A stretch of 64,000 nt of DNA from Carpediemonas membranifera BICM (GCA_019828565.1 JAHDYR010000066.1:1-64000), one strand, 5' to 3'. Shown: positions 34,597 through 45,177, numbered from the stretch's first letter. Notes: generated from the letters alone by a model not told the origin. Program-made: numbers and translations.

Positions 34597-34902
34597 TTAA
34601 GCGAAGCCATAGAGCATGCGGCCCTGGCGCTTGAGAGCGTAGACGACGTCCATGGAGGTGACGGTCTTGCGGCGGGCGTGCTCAGTGTAAGTGACAGCAT
34701 CGCGGACAACGTTCTCGAGGAAAGACTTGAGAACAGTGCGAGTCTGATCATAGATATCAGCAGAGATACGCTTCACACCACCACGACGAGCGAGACGGCG
34801 GATAGCGGGCTTGGTGATACCCTGGATGTTATCGCGGAAAATACGGTGGCGGCGCTTGGCGCCCTTGCCGAGACCCTTGCCTCCCTTAGCCTTGCCAGAC
34901 AT
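34597..34902 (-). CDS. H4: Histone H4
   Basis: [25 protein letters not shown]...[23 protein letters not shown]. Confidence 0.99.
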   Translation of the reverse strand: MSGKAKGGKGLGKGAKRRHRIFRDNIQGITKPAIRRLARRGGVKRISADIYDQTRTVLKSFLENVVRDAVTYTEHARRKTVTSMDVVYALKRQGRMLYGFA

Positions 34903-35529
34903 GAGAACTAGATTTCAAAGTGAGCGTTACCAGCCAAATGTTTGAGCAATACTATTTTGCATGACTATGTCAAAATGAAGCTCAGTTTATGGCTTTGAAA
35001 ATTTGGAACAGAATGGCCTAAGCGCACGCAAATGGAGGGACTAATACATGAACGAGGCAGTGGAGTGATCTAAAAGTGCTTTATTCATAGCAATGCTTCG
35101 CCTTTATGACACACACGTTTCTTTCGTGTCGTGGTTGGATGGCATGCCGCTTGAAGCAACCACAAAACTCCGTTGAAATGCGTTGTAAAGCAACACTGAT
35201 GGATGGTAGCAGCGAAGCTTTCCACAGCGGCCTGCTGATGTCCTCCAAGACAAGTGTTGCGAGAAAGACCGCCCCAGTTATAGGCCGGACCCAGTTTCGG
35301 ATGGCCTATACTGCAACACGGTGCGCCATGTCCACCACACGGCATGGTTCAATCGTCTCAATGATTGGCCCGTCCGTTTTGCACTGACCCGAGCATTCAT
35401 CCATCTTCTTCTCATCGGCAGTAGCTCTCACTGTAGCTTTCCGGTGTTCCTTGTTCTAAGTCGTCTTGTCTTGTTGTTCACCTGCCGATTTCCGGACATC
35501 AGGAAACTTCGGAACGAAATTCACGACGA

Positions 35530-37422
35530 ATGTCGAAGCGACACGAGAAAGACGTCTTATCCCCGACTCATACTGCACATCGCAGCAAACGGGCCACAAA
35601 CTTTCTTTCAGCCCTTCACAGTGGCGATCGGCTGGATGCACGCTTCATTTCTGCGGCCAAGAAGAACGCAATCCGGGCCGATGTACAGACATGCAGTTCT
35701 GAGCAGCTATCCAAGCTCGTTGGAGCCATGCGGCATGCCGGAAAGCTTTTGCATGAGATCTCTCTGAATGCTCGTCCCGGCGTGCCCATGTACAGCGGCG
35801 AGGAGGAGAAGGCACCCCGTGTCCGCCCAGGGTCGGTCGGCAAGCCCGAGATCCACGAGACCAAGGAGTGTATTGCCCTGATGAACGCCATCGGGGCCCT
35901 TGTCGCCGCCTCGCCCAGACTAAAGGTACTGCAGCTGCACGGCATCCCCCTTGCGGGCAAATCACTCTCCCGTCTGGCCAAGGCCCTCGCCAAGTCCAAG
36001 AATCTGCATACATTGGCGGTGGTCGACTGCGCAGTGTCAACGGAGGCGGCCGCCAGCATCTTCAAGGCCCTGCTTGAGGTACCAACCGTGCAGTCTGTAG
36101 ATCTCAGCCGTAACCCCATCGCCGACCCTGTTATGGCGTCCGTGGTCCACTGGGTGGGCCGGCATGCCGAGCGGAGGGATATGGACTGCTTCAACATGGC
36201 CCTGCACACCTCAGAGACCGTGGCGGACCAGCACCATAAAGTGCACGGGCCGCACACGCTCAGACTGTCGCACTGCAGGCTTAGCGACGACGGTGTGGGC
36301 CTCTTGGCCTCCACTCTGGCGCGAGATGAGTACTTCACGAATATCGACATCAGCGGCCACCGTAACGTCAGTACCGCTGCCGCAAAGGCTGTCCGGAGCT
36401 GTCTGGGGGAGAACCGTACCATTGTTGAGTTTGACATCACCTCTTGCCCGGTCTATGACTCGGTGACTTTGACCGCCATTGACCGGATGTTGGCAAGAAA
36501 CAGGCGGGCGACCAAGCGCCGTGACAAGGTCGTGGAGCGTAGGGCGAAGGCTGAGGCATCGAAGGACGTCGGTCTGAACCCGCCTCTGCCGAAGAAGTCG
36601 GCATCGAGGGCGAGCTCAGTGGCAAAGAGGCCGCAGAGCGCAGCCATCCACAGGCCGTCGCTTGATATGACTGCCGCCCAGGAGAAGCTGGCGTCCAGGG
36701 CTTCAGCTGGGTCTAAGGCAGCTGTGAGTGCAGAGCCAGCGTCACAGATCAAGGTCAAGCCGCTGAGGAAGAAGAAGGTCAAGCCCAGTGCCCCTACCGT
36801 CGGCAAAGCAGCGCCTAAGCAGTCTGGTAAAGGCAGTGGCCCAGACGCCGAGGCCCACAAGGAGACCCTGGCCGAGCTGGGTCGCCAGAAGATGGCCGCG
36901 GACGACCTCCAGATGCGTGTGCTCGAATTGACAGCCCAACGCAACACCCTAGCGAAGGCCGACGAGAGCGAGAGCGGGGCGAGCCTGAGCCGGGTCTTGG
37001 CGGAGTCTGACAGGCTGCTGAGCACGCCGGAGGGTAAGCAGGCCGTGGAAGCGCTCAACGAAGCAGTTGCCCGCATCCACAACCTCCTGAGCTCCATTGA
37101 GCCCGCCTTCCCACCCCGCACGCCCTCTGCCCCAGCCCACGGGGACGGCGATGACCCAATCATGACTCCTGTCGGCAGACCCGCGGATCCGGTCTCACCC
37201 GTGTCGATGAGCATCAGCAACAACAGACGTCTCGCCGAGGACCGGCGAGAGCATGACCTCGGCGGCCTGGGCGATGTGGAGCCGGCGGAGGGCCTGTCCG
37301 ACATCTCGGACCTCGACGAGGAGTCGGTTCAGCAGTCACTGAGGGGGTTCTACGCGTCACTGATGGATGCGGGGCATGGCAGGTCGCTCGTTCGGGAGGT
37401 GAACCGCCTTTCGGTGATGTGA
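35530..37422 (+). CDS. CEP78-like centriolar leucine-rich-repeat protein
   Basis: RI-type LRRs; HAERRDMDCFNMALH and LARDEYFTNIDIS resemble CEP78 segments; coiled-coil and low-complexity C-terminus. Confidence 0.6.
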   Translation: MSKRHEKDVLSPTHTAHRSKRATNFLSALHSGDRLDARFISAAKKNAIRADVQTCSSEQLSKLVGAMRHAGKLLHEISLNARPGVPMYSGEEEKAPRVRPGSVGKPEIHETKECIALMNAIGALVAASPRLKVLQLHGIPLAGKSLSRLAKALAKSKNLHTLAVVDCAVSTEAAASIFKALLEVPTVQSVDLSRNPIADPVMASVVHWVGRHAERRDMDCFNMALHTSETVADQHHKVHGPHTLRLSHCRLSDDGVGLLASTLARDEYFTNIDISGHRNVSTAAAKAVRSCLGENRTIVEFDITSCPVYDSVTLTAIDRMLARNRRATKRRDKVVERRAKAEASKDVGLNPPLPKKSASRASSVAKRPQSAAIHRPSLDMTAAQEKLASRASAGSKAAVSAEPASQIKVKPLRKKKVKPSAPTVGKAAPKQSGKGSGPDAEAHKETLAELGRQKMAADDLQMRVLELTAQRNTLAKADESESGASLSRVLAESDRLLSTPEGKQAVEALNEAVARIHNLLSSIEPAFPPRTPSAPAHGDGDDPIMTPVGRPADPVSPVSMSISNNRRLAEDRREHDLGGLGDVEPAEGLSDISDLDEESVQQSLRGFYASLMDAGHGRSLVREVNRLSVM

Positions 37423-37587
37423 AGTGATTGAATGGCAGGGTTTGGCACCCGTCTGATCTTAGAATGGCTAAATTATTCGCAATGGAAAGCTGCTGTAGAC
37501 GCCTGCTCCTGTTCGCGTGACTGAGCGATCGTTCGGCATCGAGTGTGTCAAAACTGGCAAAACCTAGCCCGCCAGCGAAACAACGGA

Positions 37588-38115
37588 ATGGGGGCTGATG
37601 GAGGGTTGAAATTCAAGCAGAGCGATGTCTTCAAGGATAAAACTCCTGAAACAAAGACTCTTGCAAGCGTTCACGCAGCGGAACTGCGGGCTCGCCGTTG
37701 TGCCCTCTCGAATGAGCCATTGCAGGAGCCAATATGCTGCGACAAGGCAGGACGGCTTTACAACTACGAAGCTGTTCTGGAAGCGCTTCTTTCTCACACG
37801 GTGCCGCCACCCCTTGCTCCCTGGCTCTGCTCCAGGGCGGACGTGCTGACGCTCGACCCCACACTGGCTCCGCCGCACAACGGGCCCGGGGAGGGGCCAT
37901 TCCCATTGGTGTGCCCGCTTACAGGCTCATCTGTGGGGGCTGGCGGGTCCTTTGTGGCGATCAAGCCGTGTGGGCATGTTGTCCGAGCTGACCGGTGGAC
38001 AGGCATGACGTGCCCGCTGTGTGATGCAGACGGTACTGCGGTAAGACTACTGCAGAACAAGCCGGTCGCCCCCCGCCGCGTGGCCAAGGTGAAGGGCAGG
38101 GTCAAGCGGGTGTGA
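37588..38115 (+). CDS. RTF2: Replication termination factor 2 (Rtf2 RING-like)
   Basis: MGADGG start, CALSNEPL..PICCDKAGRLYNYEAVLEALL, CPLTG...FVAIKPCGHV...CPLC. Confidence 0.9.
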   Translation: MGADGGLKFKQSDVFKDKTPETKTLASVHAAELRARRCALSNEPLQEPICCDKAGRLYNYEAVLEALLSHTVPPPLAPWLCSRADVLTLDPTLAPPHNGPGEGPFPLVCPLTGSSVGAGGSFVAIKPCGHVVRADRWTGMTCPLCDADGTAVRLLQNKPVAPRRVAKVKGRVKRV

Positions 38116-38250
38116 CCGTAGGGGGCTTGCTGGTTATGGGGCACAGGCATGGCGACGGATGGTGTCACTGTCAACGACGCGATATACCAACCGCAGAATG
38201 GTAAAGACGACGGATGGTTTACATATTTCTCTCGATATATTCACCCTGCC

Positions 38251-41200
38251 CTAATCCCTGCTGAGCGCACAAAACACGTCGTGGATTGCCACAAACGCCT
38301 CCCGCTCAACGTCGTCGGCCAGCGGCACGAGTCCCAGCACCGTGTCGAGCGACCCGAATGACGGCAGATGGCTCGTGGTGGCAAGGAAGCCTCGCATCGC
38401 CTCGGCCACGGCTGCCGGGTCACGTCTGCTCATGTAAAGCTTCAGCACACACTCGACGAGCCAGCCCTCAGGGGCGGCGTGACACTGTAGGGCGAGCCGG
38501 CAGACAACGATCAGCAGCCGGGCGAGGGAGTTGTTGGAGTAGGCCAGATGGGAGGCGTCTGACACGGCCGTCTGAAGGCCAGCGATGGGGTACCCCTCGT
38601 CCGGCCCTGTCTGCAACAGATAGAGCGCGTGGATGGTCAGCTTGGCCGCAGCATCGGCGTTCTTCTCGCCCGTGACCATGTTGGTCGCCTTAAATTCCGG
38701 TACGACCTCCATCAAATGATTAAACATATCCGGGGTCAAGCGTGACCGTAGGCCGGATGCTGTGGCGATGAAGCACTCAACCGGGGCCTGGGGCAGCACA
38801 CCTGAGACTACGGCGCTGACGATCGTCTGGGCCGAGTACCCCTCTGCCAGCAGCCACTGGGCGATAGCGGCGGACACCGACACCGCCCACTCGGGCCGGG
38901 TCGGGTCGCAGGGGTGGGTGACGAGCATGAGGGCCGCCGCCCTCATCGGGTCCGTCGCCATGCCGACCTCAGACAGCACGGGCAAGTGTGAGATGAGGCC
39001 CGCCGCGATGAGGTCGGCGTCTGCCTCCGAGTTGACGGGCAGCGGCGTCTGTGTGAGCATGTGGAGGCGGGACTCGGGCTTGGCTGTGATCGAGTGGCAG
39101 AGACGCGCGATAAGAGTCCTGACGATCTCAAAGATCTCGTTGTATATCTTTCGGTCATCAGGGACACCACAGCGTGACAAGAGGCCCACCAAGAGGGTAA
39201 GCAGGGCTACCGCGGCCGAGGCGGTGCTAGGCTCAGATAATGCGGCCACCACCGGGCTCATCAGCGCCCACGCCACGGGGTCGAGCGGCTCGGTGCGGGT
39301 CTGGGTTGCGGACTCACCGAAGTCGGCCGGGAGCACCTTGTCAAGGAACACACACCGCCTATGGCCACCGCACCCGGTCCTCGGGGGGAACAGGTGGACG
39401 GTAGCGGCCAGGGAGGCCGCCGTGAGGACGGGACCGAGATCAGACCCGCCCGTGACAGAGGACACTACCAGCGAGAGGGGGTCGTCGAGGGCGCCGAGGA
39501 GCGTGTGCAGCTTGACGCCGGGCTGGCCGTGCCGGAGGAGGGATGCGACCTCGTGTGGACCATCCAGGGCGACTGCCGTGATGCAGGCGACCAGGACGCG
39601 GGCCCCGATGCCAGACAGGGACAGCACGGCCTTGAGAGCGGAGTGTGCCGACGGTGCCTTATTCTGCACCCAGGACAGCAGCATCGGGCCGATGGCGACA
39701 AGATGGGGATCCGGGAGCGCGAACTTAGTGGCCACCAGGTCGCACAGGATCTCGCAGGCCGTGGATGCTGTGGTGGCGTCGCTGTCGGCCAGCGCCTCCT
39801 GGATGCGATCGCCGAGGATGTCGGCTACGGCCGGACACGCGTGGTGGCACTGGACAGTCGCCCGAACGACTGGCAGGCACAGTCGCACGGTCAGCGCGGC
39901 GTCACACAGCGCCTGGACGGGAGCAGCCACACCGCAACGGCCGACGTCGACGAGGAGGGACGACAGCGTGGCGACGGGGACATCGGGCAGGCCGCACAGC
40001 GAGAGCACAGCCCGGGACAGGACGGGCAGGAGGCGGGGGCCCTCCATGGCCGACAGTGTGGACAGCAGGCGCATGGACGCTGGGCTCGGGTTTGTGACGA
40101 TCTCCGTGGCGCATGTGTCAGCGAGGGCTGCAAATTGAGGCGGGCAAACGCTGTGCGCGCGGATGACGGTGTCCAGGGCCGTGTACAGGCCGTCCCTGCG
40201 GCCAGCAGGGAGGTCTGCCTGAACGGCGCGGGTGATGATGTCGAACAGGTCCTTCGCGTCCGTCCTTGCAAGCCAGGACGTCGCAGCGATGCTCGTGGCG
40301 GCGCACATGGCCAGCCGGATCACAACAACGTCGAATGACCGCGACGGACGGATGGCAGACCACACATCACCAATCAAATCGCACATTTGATCGGTTGGTG
40401 GTGTTTTCTGGATGAGGCGGAGGAAGTGCACCGCCGGCACGCCCCGCCTGGCCTGGTCGACCTTGCGGCACATCTCTGGTAACGCCACTGCAGGGCATAC
40501 ACTCAGCGCATCGTTTAGCTCCGACGCGGGCCACTCAAACGACAGCACCGGGATGATGTCGGCTTGCCTGACAGGGTCGACGCCGGCCCAGTCAAGCAGA
40601 CGGTGCTCCGTGTCGGTCGGCAGGGGGTGGGCCTCGACCAGATGCCTTATCCTGCTCATGGAGAGGTCCGGGTAGGTTTGGGCGATGAGGGCGTCTACGT
40701 ACTCAGCCACTGTTGCGGCTGGCAGGAGGGAGGCGGGGCAATACTCGAGCAGCTGGAACCGTGTGGCTTGACTACAGGACTGCATGGCCTCGACAGTTGT
40801 CCCGTCCATCAGCACGGAGAGGTCGGTCGACGCCAAGGCACCCAGGCCAGTGTCAAGGGCCGAGATGAGCTGCGCGCGGGCCTCGGGAATGAGATAGTCC
40901 GGCACACCCAACTCGAGGATGACACGGAGCCCATCGGTGCAGGGGCTGGCCGTAAAGAGGTCGTATACACCCTTGGGGTCACACGACGTCATGTCCTGGG
41001 CCCAGATCTCTGCAGGGTCGGCCTGGGCGATGAGGCCAAGCAGCATTGCTGTGTGAGGTGCCTTCATGAGGATTGCAGCCGCCGCGGTTGCCGGAGTGGG
41101 CTCCGTGGCGACAGCGAGGGCGACAATGTCCTCCTCGGATGAGCAGAGCGCTCTGAAAACAACACGTTCAGCACCTGGAATAGCGTTGATACTCTCAGGG

Positions 41201-41535
41201 AAGGCGGAGATGACGTAGAGCAGTCCATCGACACGGCATATGGTCTTTTGAATGATGGCCTGGGTCTGCTTGTAGCTTTCGACAAGGGGAATTGCTACAT
41301 GCTCAGGAAGGCTGTGGTCCTGAATATATGCGGCTATCTTCAGCGGAGTCTTCTCCTTGATGGTGAGACTCGCCCAGAGGGGCACGATCAGCGGGACATT
41401 GGTCATATCCGGAGCACCGTCCCTGATGGCCGTGAAAAACGTCATGGTTCGGGTAATCATATCATCCATCTCTTCATTTGTCTTCTCAGCCAATGATAAG
41501 AGGCATTCCTCAAGCCACGAGCCGTCCGACGTCAT
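38251..41535 (-). CDS. Large alpha-helical (HEAT/ARM-like) protein, unknown function
   Basis: 1094-aa ORF, L/A/V-rich helical composition, no recognised motif. Confidence 0.65.
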   Translation of the reverse strand: MTSDGSWLEECLLSLAEKTNEEMDDMITRTMTFFTAIRDGAPDMTNVPLIVPLWASLTIKEKTPLKIAAYIQDHSLPEHVAIPLVESYKQTQAIIQKTICRVDGLLYVISAFPESINAIPGAERVVFRALCSSEEDIVALAVATEPTPATAAAAILMKAPHTAMLLGLIAQADPAEIWAQDMTSCDPKGVYDLFTASPCTDGLRVILELGVPDYLIPEARAQLISALDTGLGALASTDLSVLMDGTTVEAMQSCSQATRFQLLEYCPASLLPAATVAEYVDALIAQTYPDLSMSRIRHLVEAHPLPTDTEHRLLDWAGVDPVRQADIIPVLSFEWPASELNDALSVCPAVALPEMCRKVDQARRGVPAVHFLRLIQKTPPTDQMCDLIGDVWSAIRPSRSFDVVVIRLAMCAATSIAATSWLARTDAKDLFDIITRAVQADLPAGRRDGLYTALDTVIRAHSVCPPQFAALADTCATEIVTNPSPASMRLLSTLSAMEGPRLLPVLSRAVLSLCGLPDVPVATLSSLLVDVGRCGVAAPVQALCDAALTVRLCLPVVRATVQCHHACPAVADILGDRIQEALADSDATTASTACEILCDLVATKFALPDPHLVAIGPMLLSWVQNKAPSAHSALKAVLSLSGIGARVLVACITAVALDGPHEVASLLRHGQPGVKLHTLLGALDDPLSLVVSSVTGGSDLGPVLTAASLAATVHLFPPRTGCGGHRRCVFLDKVLPADFGESATQTRTEPLDPVAWALMSPVVAALSEPSTASAAVALLTLLVGLLSRCGVPDDRKIYNEIFEIVRTLIARLCHSITAKPESRLHMLTQTPLPVNSEADADLIAAGLISHLPVLSEVGMATDPMRAAALMLVTHPCDPTRPEWAVSVSAAIAQWLLAEGYSAQTIVSAVVSGVLPQAPVECFIATASGLRSRLTPDMFNHLMEVVPEFKATNMVTGEKNADAAAKLTIHALYLLQTGPDEGYPIAGLQTAVSDASHLAYSNNSLARLLIVVCRLALQCHAAPEGWLVECVLKLYMSRRDPAAVAEAMRGFLATTSHLPSFGSLDTVLGLVPLADDVEREAFVAIHDVFCALSRD

Positions 41536-41669
41536 TTGGTGATCGACTCCAAAGGGTCATCAAAAGCCATCGTGGACGCGGCCTCGCCCAGTCGTGCTTG
41601 CCGCTGAGCACCACTGGCCCCAGTCAACGCCGGTCACAGAAAACGCAGGCTATGGCCAGACATTGAATC

Positions 41670-43178
41670 ATGGCGACGCTGGACCCCCGGTTTGTCGAAA
41701 TACGCCAAATCCTGCAAGATGCAGGCTATCATCGCGCTAGAATCACAAGCATTGAACCATTCGACCTCATGATCGGCGGTCTCGCCTGGTGCGTTACGAT
41801 GTGCAACGCCAGCGTCGAAGGCGACATCGATCTCGTATTTCACGAGGGCCTCGATCATCTTACCATTGGCCAGAAGATCAAGACTGCTGAGCGCATCATC
41901 TGGGCCATAGCGTCCATGCGTTGCCCCCATCCCCTCCAAGCCCATCAGATCAAGGGCCACGACTACCAGCCCATCAAGGCAGTCGTCCAGTGGCTCGTCA
42001 AGGAGGTCCGTGAGGTCCAGCAAGCGCTTGGCGACATCAACACACGCTACACGGTGCTCTCGTTCGACCAGTCGTTCAAGCCCTTCGAGGACGAGATCTC
42101 CGCCAAGGAAGCCGAGCTCTCCAGACGCAGGGAGGCGTCTCAGCAGCGCAGGGTGACCAAGGTCTCCCGCACAGCCCTGGGCGAGCTCGTAACTGCCCAG
42201 GCCGCCGACATCCTCGAGGCCCGCCGCCAGTACACCGTCAAGGCGGAGGAGCAGGCCGAGGTCGCCCAGGCACTCTATTCTAAGCGGAACAGGGAGGTCT
42301 GTGCCCAGCTGGCCGAGGACGTCAAGGCCCTCGAGGTGGTCGTCGCAGACTTAGAGACGAAGGTCGCGACCGAGAAGGAGGATCTCAAGGCGACGAGGGA
42401 TGAGGTCATCGCCAAGAAGAAGGAGGCCAAAATCTCGGCCAAGAAGATGGCCAGGTCTCTCGAGGCCCTCGCATCGGACGGTGACTCCAAAGTTCGTGCA
42501 GTTTATGACAGACTCTGCAAGATCGACTCAATCCGAACGGACGCCGAGGAGCTCAGGCCCAAGATCGAGGAGGAGGGCCGCAGACTCGAGGAGCGTCTGG
42601 CTGAGGCTCAGGCCGAGCTGGAGGCCTTCGGGGAGGAGGACTCGCCCTTGATGAGGGCCAGGGCGGCCCTGAAGAAGGAGGAGAAGCGCGTCCAGGCCGT
42701 CAGCGACGCACTAGAGCAGCTCTCGTCCTCCTCCGAGGACACACACGGCCAGCCCACTGGTGCCGAGCTCGGCGTCTTCCACCGCCGCATCGCTACGCTG
42801 TTCGAGGAGATCGGCATCCACATGGAGGCGAGCAAGGAGGTATACGGCCGGTGCAACACCCTGACAGACCTCACCGAGCACGTGACCAAGGAGGACAAGC
42901 TGATGCAGTCGATCCTCGCGCGGTACAAGGGCGCCGCCAAGAGCAGCAAGAAGCGTGACGCCTTCATCACAGAGCTGACCAGCATCGCCAACACTGTGGA
43001 CGCCTCCGTGGCCAAGGCTGAGGCTCGTATGGCCACTAAGACGGCCGCGCTGACCAGGGCTGAAGGTGCGCTGAACGCGGCCCTCGACACGCTGAGGATG
43101 TACAGCAGGTTGGTGGAACAGCTCAGGCGGGACGGCGACAAGAACATAGCCCTTCTGGAAGCGCTGGGTGAACAATAA
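41670..43178 (+). CDS. CCDC93: Coiled-coil domain-containing protein 93 (Commander/CCC complex)
   Basis: AGYHRARI..IEPFDLMIGGLAWC, IGQKIKTAERI, MRCPHPLQAHQIKGHDY..IKAVVQWLVK, C-terminal coiled coil. Confidence 0.92.
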   Translation: MATLDPRFVEIRQILQDAGYHRARITSIEPFDLMIGGLAWCVTMCNASVEGDIDLVFHEGLDHLTIGQKIKTAERIIWAIASMRCPHPLQAHQIKGHDYQPIKAVVQWLVKEVREVQQALGDINTRYTVLSFDQSFKPFEDEISAKEAELSRRREASQQRRVTKVSRTALGELVTAQAADILEARRQYTVKAEEQAEVAQALYSKRNREVCAQLAEDVKALEVVVADLETKVATEKEDLKATRDEVIAKKKEAKISAKKMARSLEALASDGDSKVRAVYDRLCKIDSIRTDAEELRPKIEEEGRRLEERLAEAQAELEAFGEEDSPLMRARAALKKEEKRVQAVSDALEQLSSSSEDTHGQPTGAELGVFHRRIATLFEEIGIHMEASKEVYGRCNTLTDLTEHVTKEDKLMQSILARYKGAAKSSKKRDAFITELTSIANTVDASVAKAEARMATKTAALTRAEGALNAALDTLRMYSRLVEQLRRDGDKNIALLEALGEQ

Positions 43179-43427
43179 ATAGTCATGTTGTTTTTTATTA
43201 TTTCGGTGTGGGCGCTGGGTGCGGGTGCCGGCACCCAGGATCGCACCAACCCAGGGCGGTCGGGGAAAAGGGGCTGGTTGGTGATAGATACAGAGTATTT
43301 AGACCTCCATTCGGACTCTCTGCCCTCGTAGGCGCCTCATCGCCTGGGTTCGTACTGTGTGAAATATTGCCAGTTTTGACACAAATACCCCTGAAGCCGA
43401 TACAGCTCAACAAGAGTGCCATATACA

Positions 43428-43781
43428 ATGCTTATCGGATTAGCGTTCATACTTATCGTATTCCTACTCAATGTCACATCGTTTATCATTTGGACAATTG
43501 ATGCCGTCCAAGCAAAGAAGAAGGAGTGGAGAAAGGGCCCATTCAGACTCGGAAACAAGTTCCTGCTCGTTTGCTCTCCAATAGCACCATGGGGCGCCAT
43601 TCTTGGTCAGTGGATCTTGCAGCACAAGATCAAGAACATCTTCTATCTCATCTTTGTGCCCGTCTGCCTTGCGGTCCATGTCATTACGTTCATTTCCATG
43701 ATTCTCCTCTTGAACCACTGGAACGTGCTGTTCGAGGTCATTCACGTGATGTTCTTCAGCTTGACCGGGCTCCCCATCTGA
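43428..43781 (+). CDS. DUF1294/YsdA-like small membrane protein
   Basis: LLNVTSFIIWTID..QAKKKEWR...WGAILGQWILQHKIK pattern; three TM segments. Confidence 0.75.
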   Translation: MLIGLAFILIVFLLNVTSFIIWTIDAVQAKKKEWRKGPFRLGNKFLLVCSPIAPWGAILGQWILQHKIKNIFYLIFVPVCLAVHVITFISMILLLNHWNVLFEVIHVMFFSLTGLPI

Positions 43782-43942
43782 GCGCCGTTCGCGGCAGTCA
43801 GGGCAGCGAGACAATATTATCAGTAAAGATCCCGACGTGATGCTGCAGGTATTTAGCAAGTAGAACGCTGCTGTGCTGTGCTGCCACCAATAGGTTTTGC
43901 CGGATTTGACCAGAGGCCAATCCCGTCTTACCATCGGCCATC

Positions 43943-44521
43943 ATGAGCAGCCGTGAGAGGAGAAGCTCGGGCAACCGCAGGCAGGGAAGCAAAAAGCGGA
44001 AGGCGGAAGCGTTTCGACAAGGACTGGAAGGCGTGTCGTCTGTGGTGACGGCGATGACTGAACAGACGCTCTCAGACCAGTATGCGGCAGAACAAGCGAA
44101 GAAACGGGCACGTGAAGAGCCCTTGCCACAGAAGTTCGACGCCGAAGTCGGAAGCATAGGCCAGTGGAGCCAGCACGACCCCTCCGCCGAGAAGGGCCGC
44201 AAGCCCCGCGCTCGCACCGCCCCTTCCGCACCCTCGCTTCACCTTACAGCGGCAGACACGACAAGTCTAGCGAGAGACGGTGTTGCTGCGACGTTGCAGT
44301 ATCTACGGGAGACAGACCAGCTCGAGTCGGAGAAGCCCAGGGCCTCCAGCTCATTCGGGTATCTGTCACTGAAGAGAACGGACGAGCTGGGCAAGACCAT
44401 GTCTGCCAAGGAGCTGTACAAGCGTCTGAGCCGCAAGATGCACGGGCACCAGCCTGGCCTGGCCCGGCAGGAGAGGACGCTGCGGGCCTACGTCGACGAG
44501 AAGAAGGCGGAAGCTGAGTGA
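43943..44521 (+). CDS. Miniature SART1/Snu66-like tri-snRNP protein (C-terminal domain only)
   Basis: GVAATLQYL and LKRTDELGKTMSAKELYKRLSRKMHG match SART1 C-terminal motifs. Confidence 0.75.
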   Translation: MSSRERRSSGNRRQGSKKRKAEAFRQGLEGVSSVVTAMTEQTLSDQYAAEQAKKRAREEPLPQKFDAEVGSIGQWSQHDPSAEKGRKPRARTAPSAPSLHLTAADTTSLARDGVAATLQYLRETDQLESEKPRASSSFGYLSLKRTDELGKTMSAKELYKRLSRKMHGHQPGLARQERTLRAYVDEKKAEAE

Positions 44522-44626
44522 GTGGGTGCGGACGGTGGATTTGACGCTCATGTAGTACTGTGCACATGCACGGAGCGGCAGTGGCCGGGCACGCAGGATA
44601 AGCTCACATCGACACGACTGGAGACG

Positions 44627-45177
44627 ATGGAGAAGACACTTTAGAAACGGCGCCCAGACGTTTGTGCTAGTCTAATGCATTTTACTCAGATTGCAATGTC
44701 TTCATTCTCATTTCTCTTCGCAGAGATGCTGAATTGCTTCCACAGCAGAGCTTCAAGCTCTGATGAGCTCGAGGGACGTCTTCAGGCAGCTGGAGAACGC
44801 CTTGGCCTCAAGGTCCTGGAGCTCGTGACATACCGTGAGAAGGCCAACAGGAAAAATACCCTTGAGTCGTTTCTGTCGTTCATCTCGAACAATGTGTGGC
44901 GCATGCTCTTCGGTCGGCCTGCAGACGGCCTGCAGCGCATCCCCGCGGACAACTCGTGTTTGTACCCACCCCCGGCTGTCTCACCCAGACATGATTCTCG
45001 AGTCTGCCTATCACCAACAGATACATCGAGGCGGGCCAGCTCAACCCGGCGACGTTCATTACTGGCATCATCGTTGGAATGCTCCGTGCGGCAGGGTTTG
45101 ACAACCCGGTGGAGACCCATGTATGGAAGAAGGACGAGAGCACAAACGAGACAACAAATGTCTACCTTGTCAAGTAA
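44627..45177 (+). pseudogene. TRAPPC5: TRAPP subunit Trs31/TRAPPC5, disrupted (in-frame TAG at 44642, frameshift near 45003); introns 44660-44689 and 44958-44988
   Basis: SSFSFLFAEM...LEGRL..AGERLG.KVLEL..YRE...FISNNVWRMLFGRPADGL, then YMILE and, in another frame, LPITNRYI...LNPATFITGIIVGMLRAAGF. Confidence 0.8.

Noticed and set aside
43200-43350. Possible snRNA or SRP RNA (palindrome GGGTGCCGGCACCC, GATACAGAG)
   Set aside because: The U6 ACAGAGA-AGC context and the U2 and SRP motifs are not matched; GC-rich hairpins arise by chance.
44642-44644. In-frame TAG (and the Fanzor TAA) as evidence of a TAR=Gln genetic code, as in hexamitid diplomonads
   Set aside because: Many long ORFs are uninterrupted under the standard code, and conserved genes end at TAA (H4, P2, PFO) or TAG. 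Both affected genes also carry frameshifts, so decay or error is more likely.
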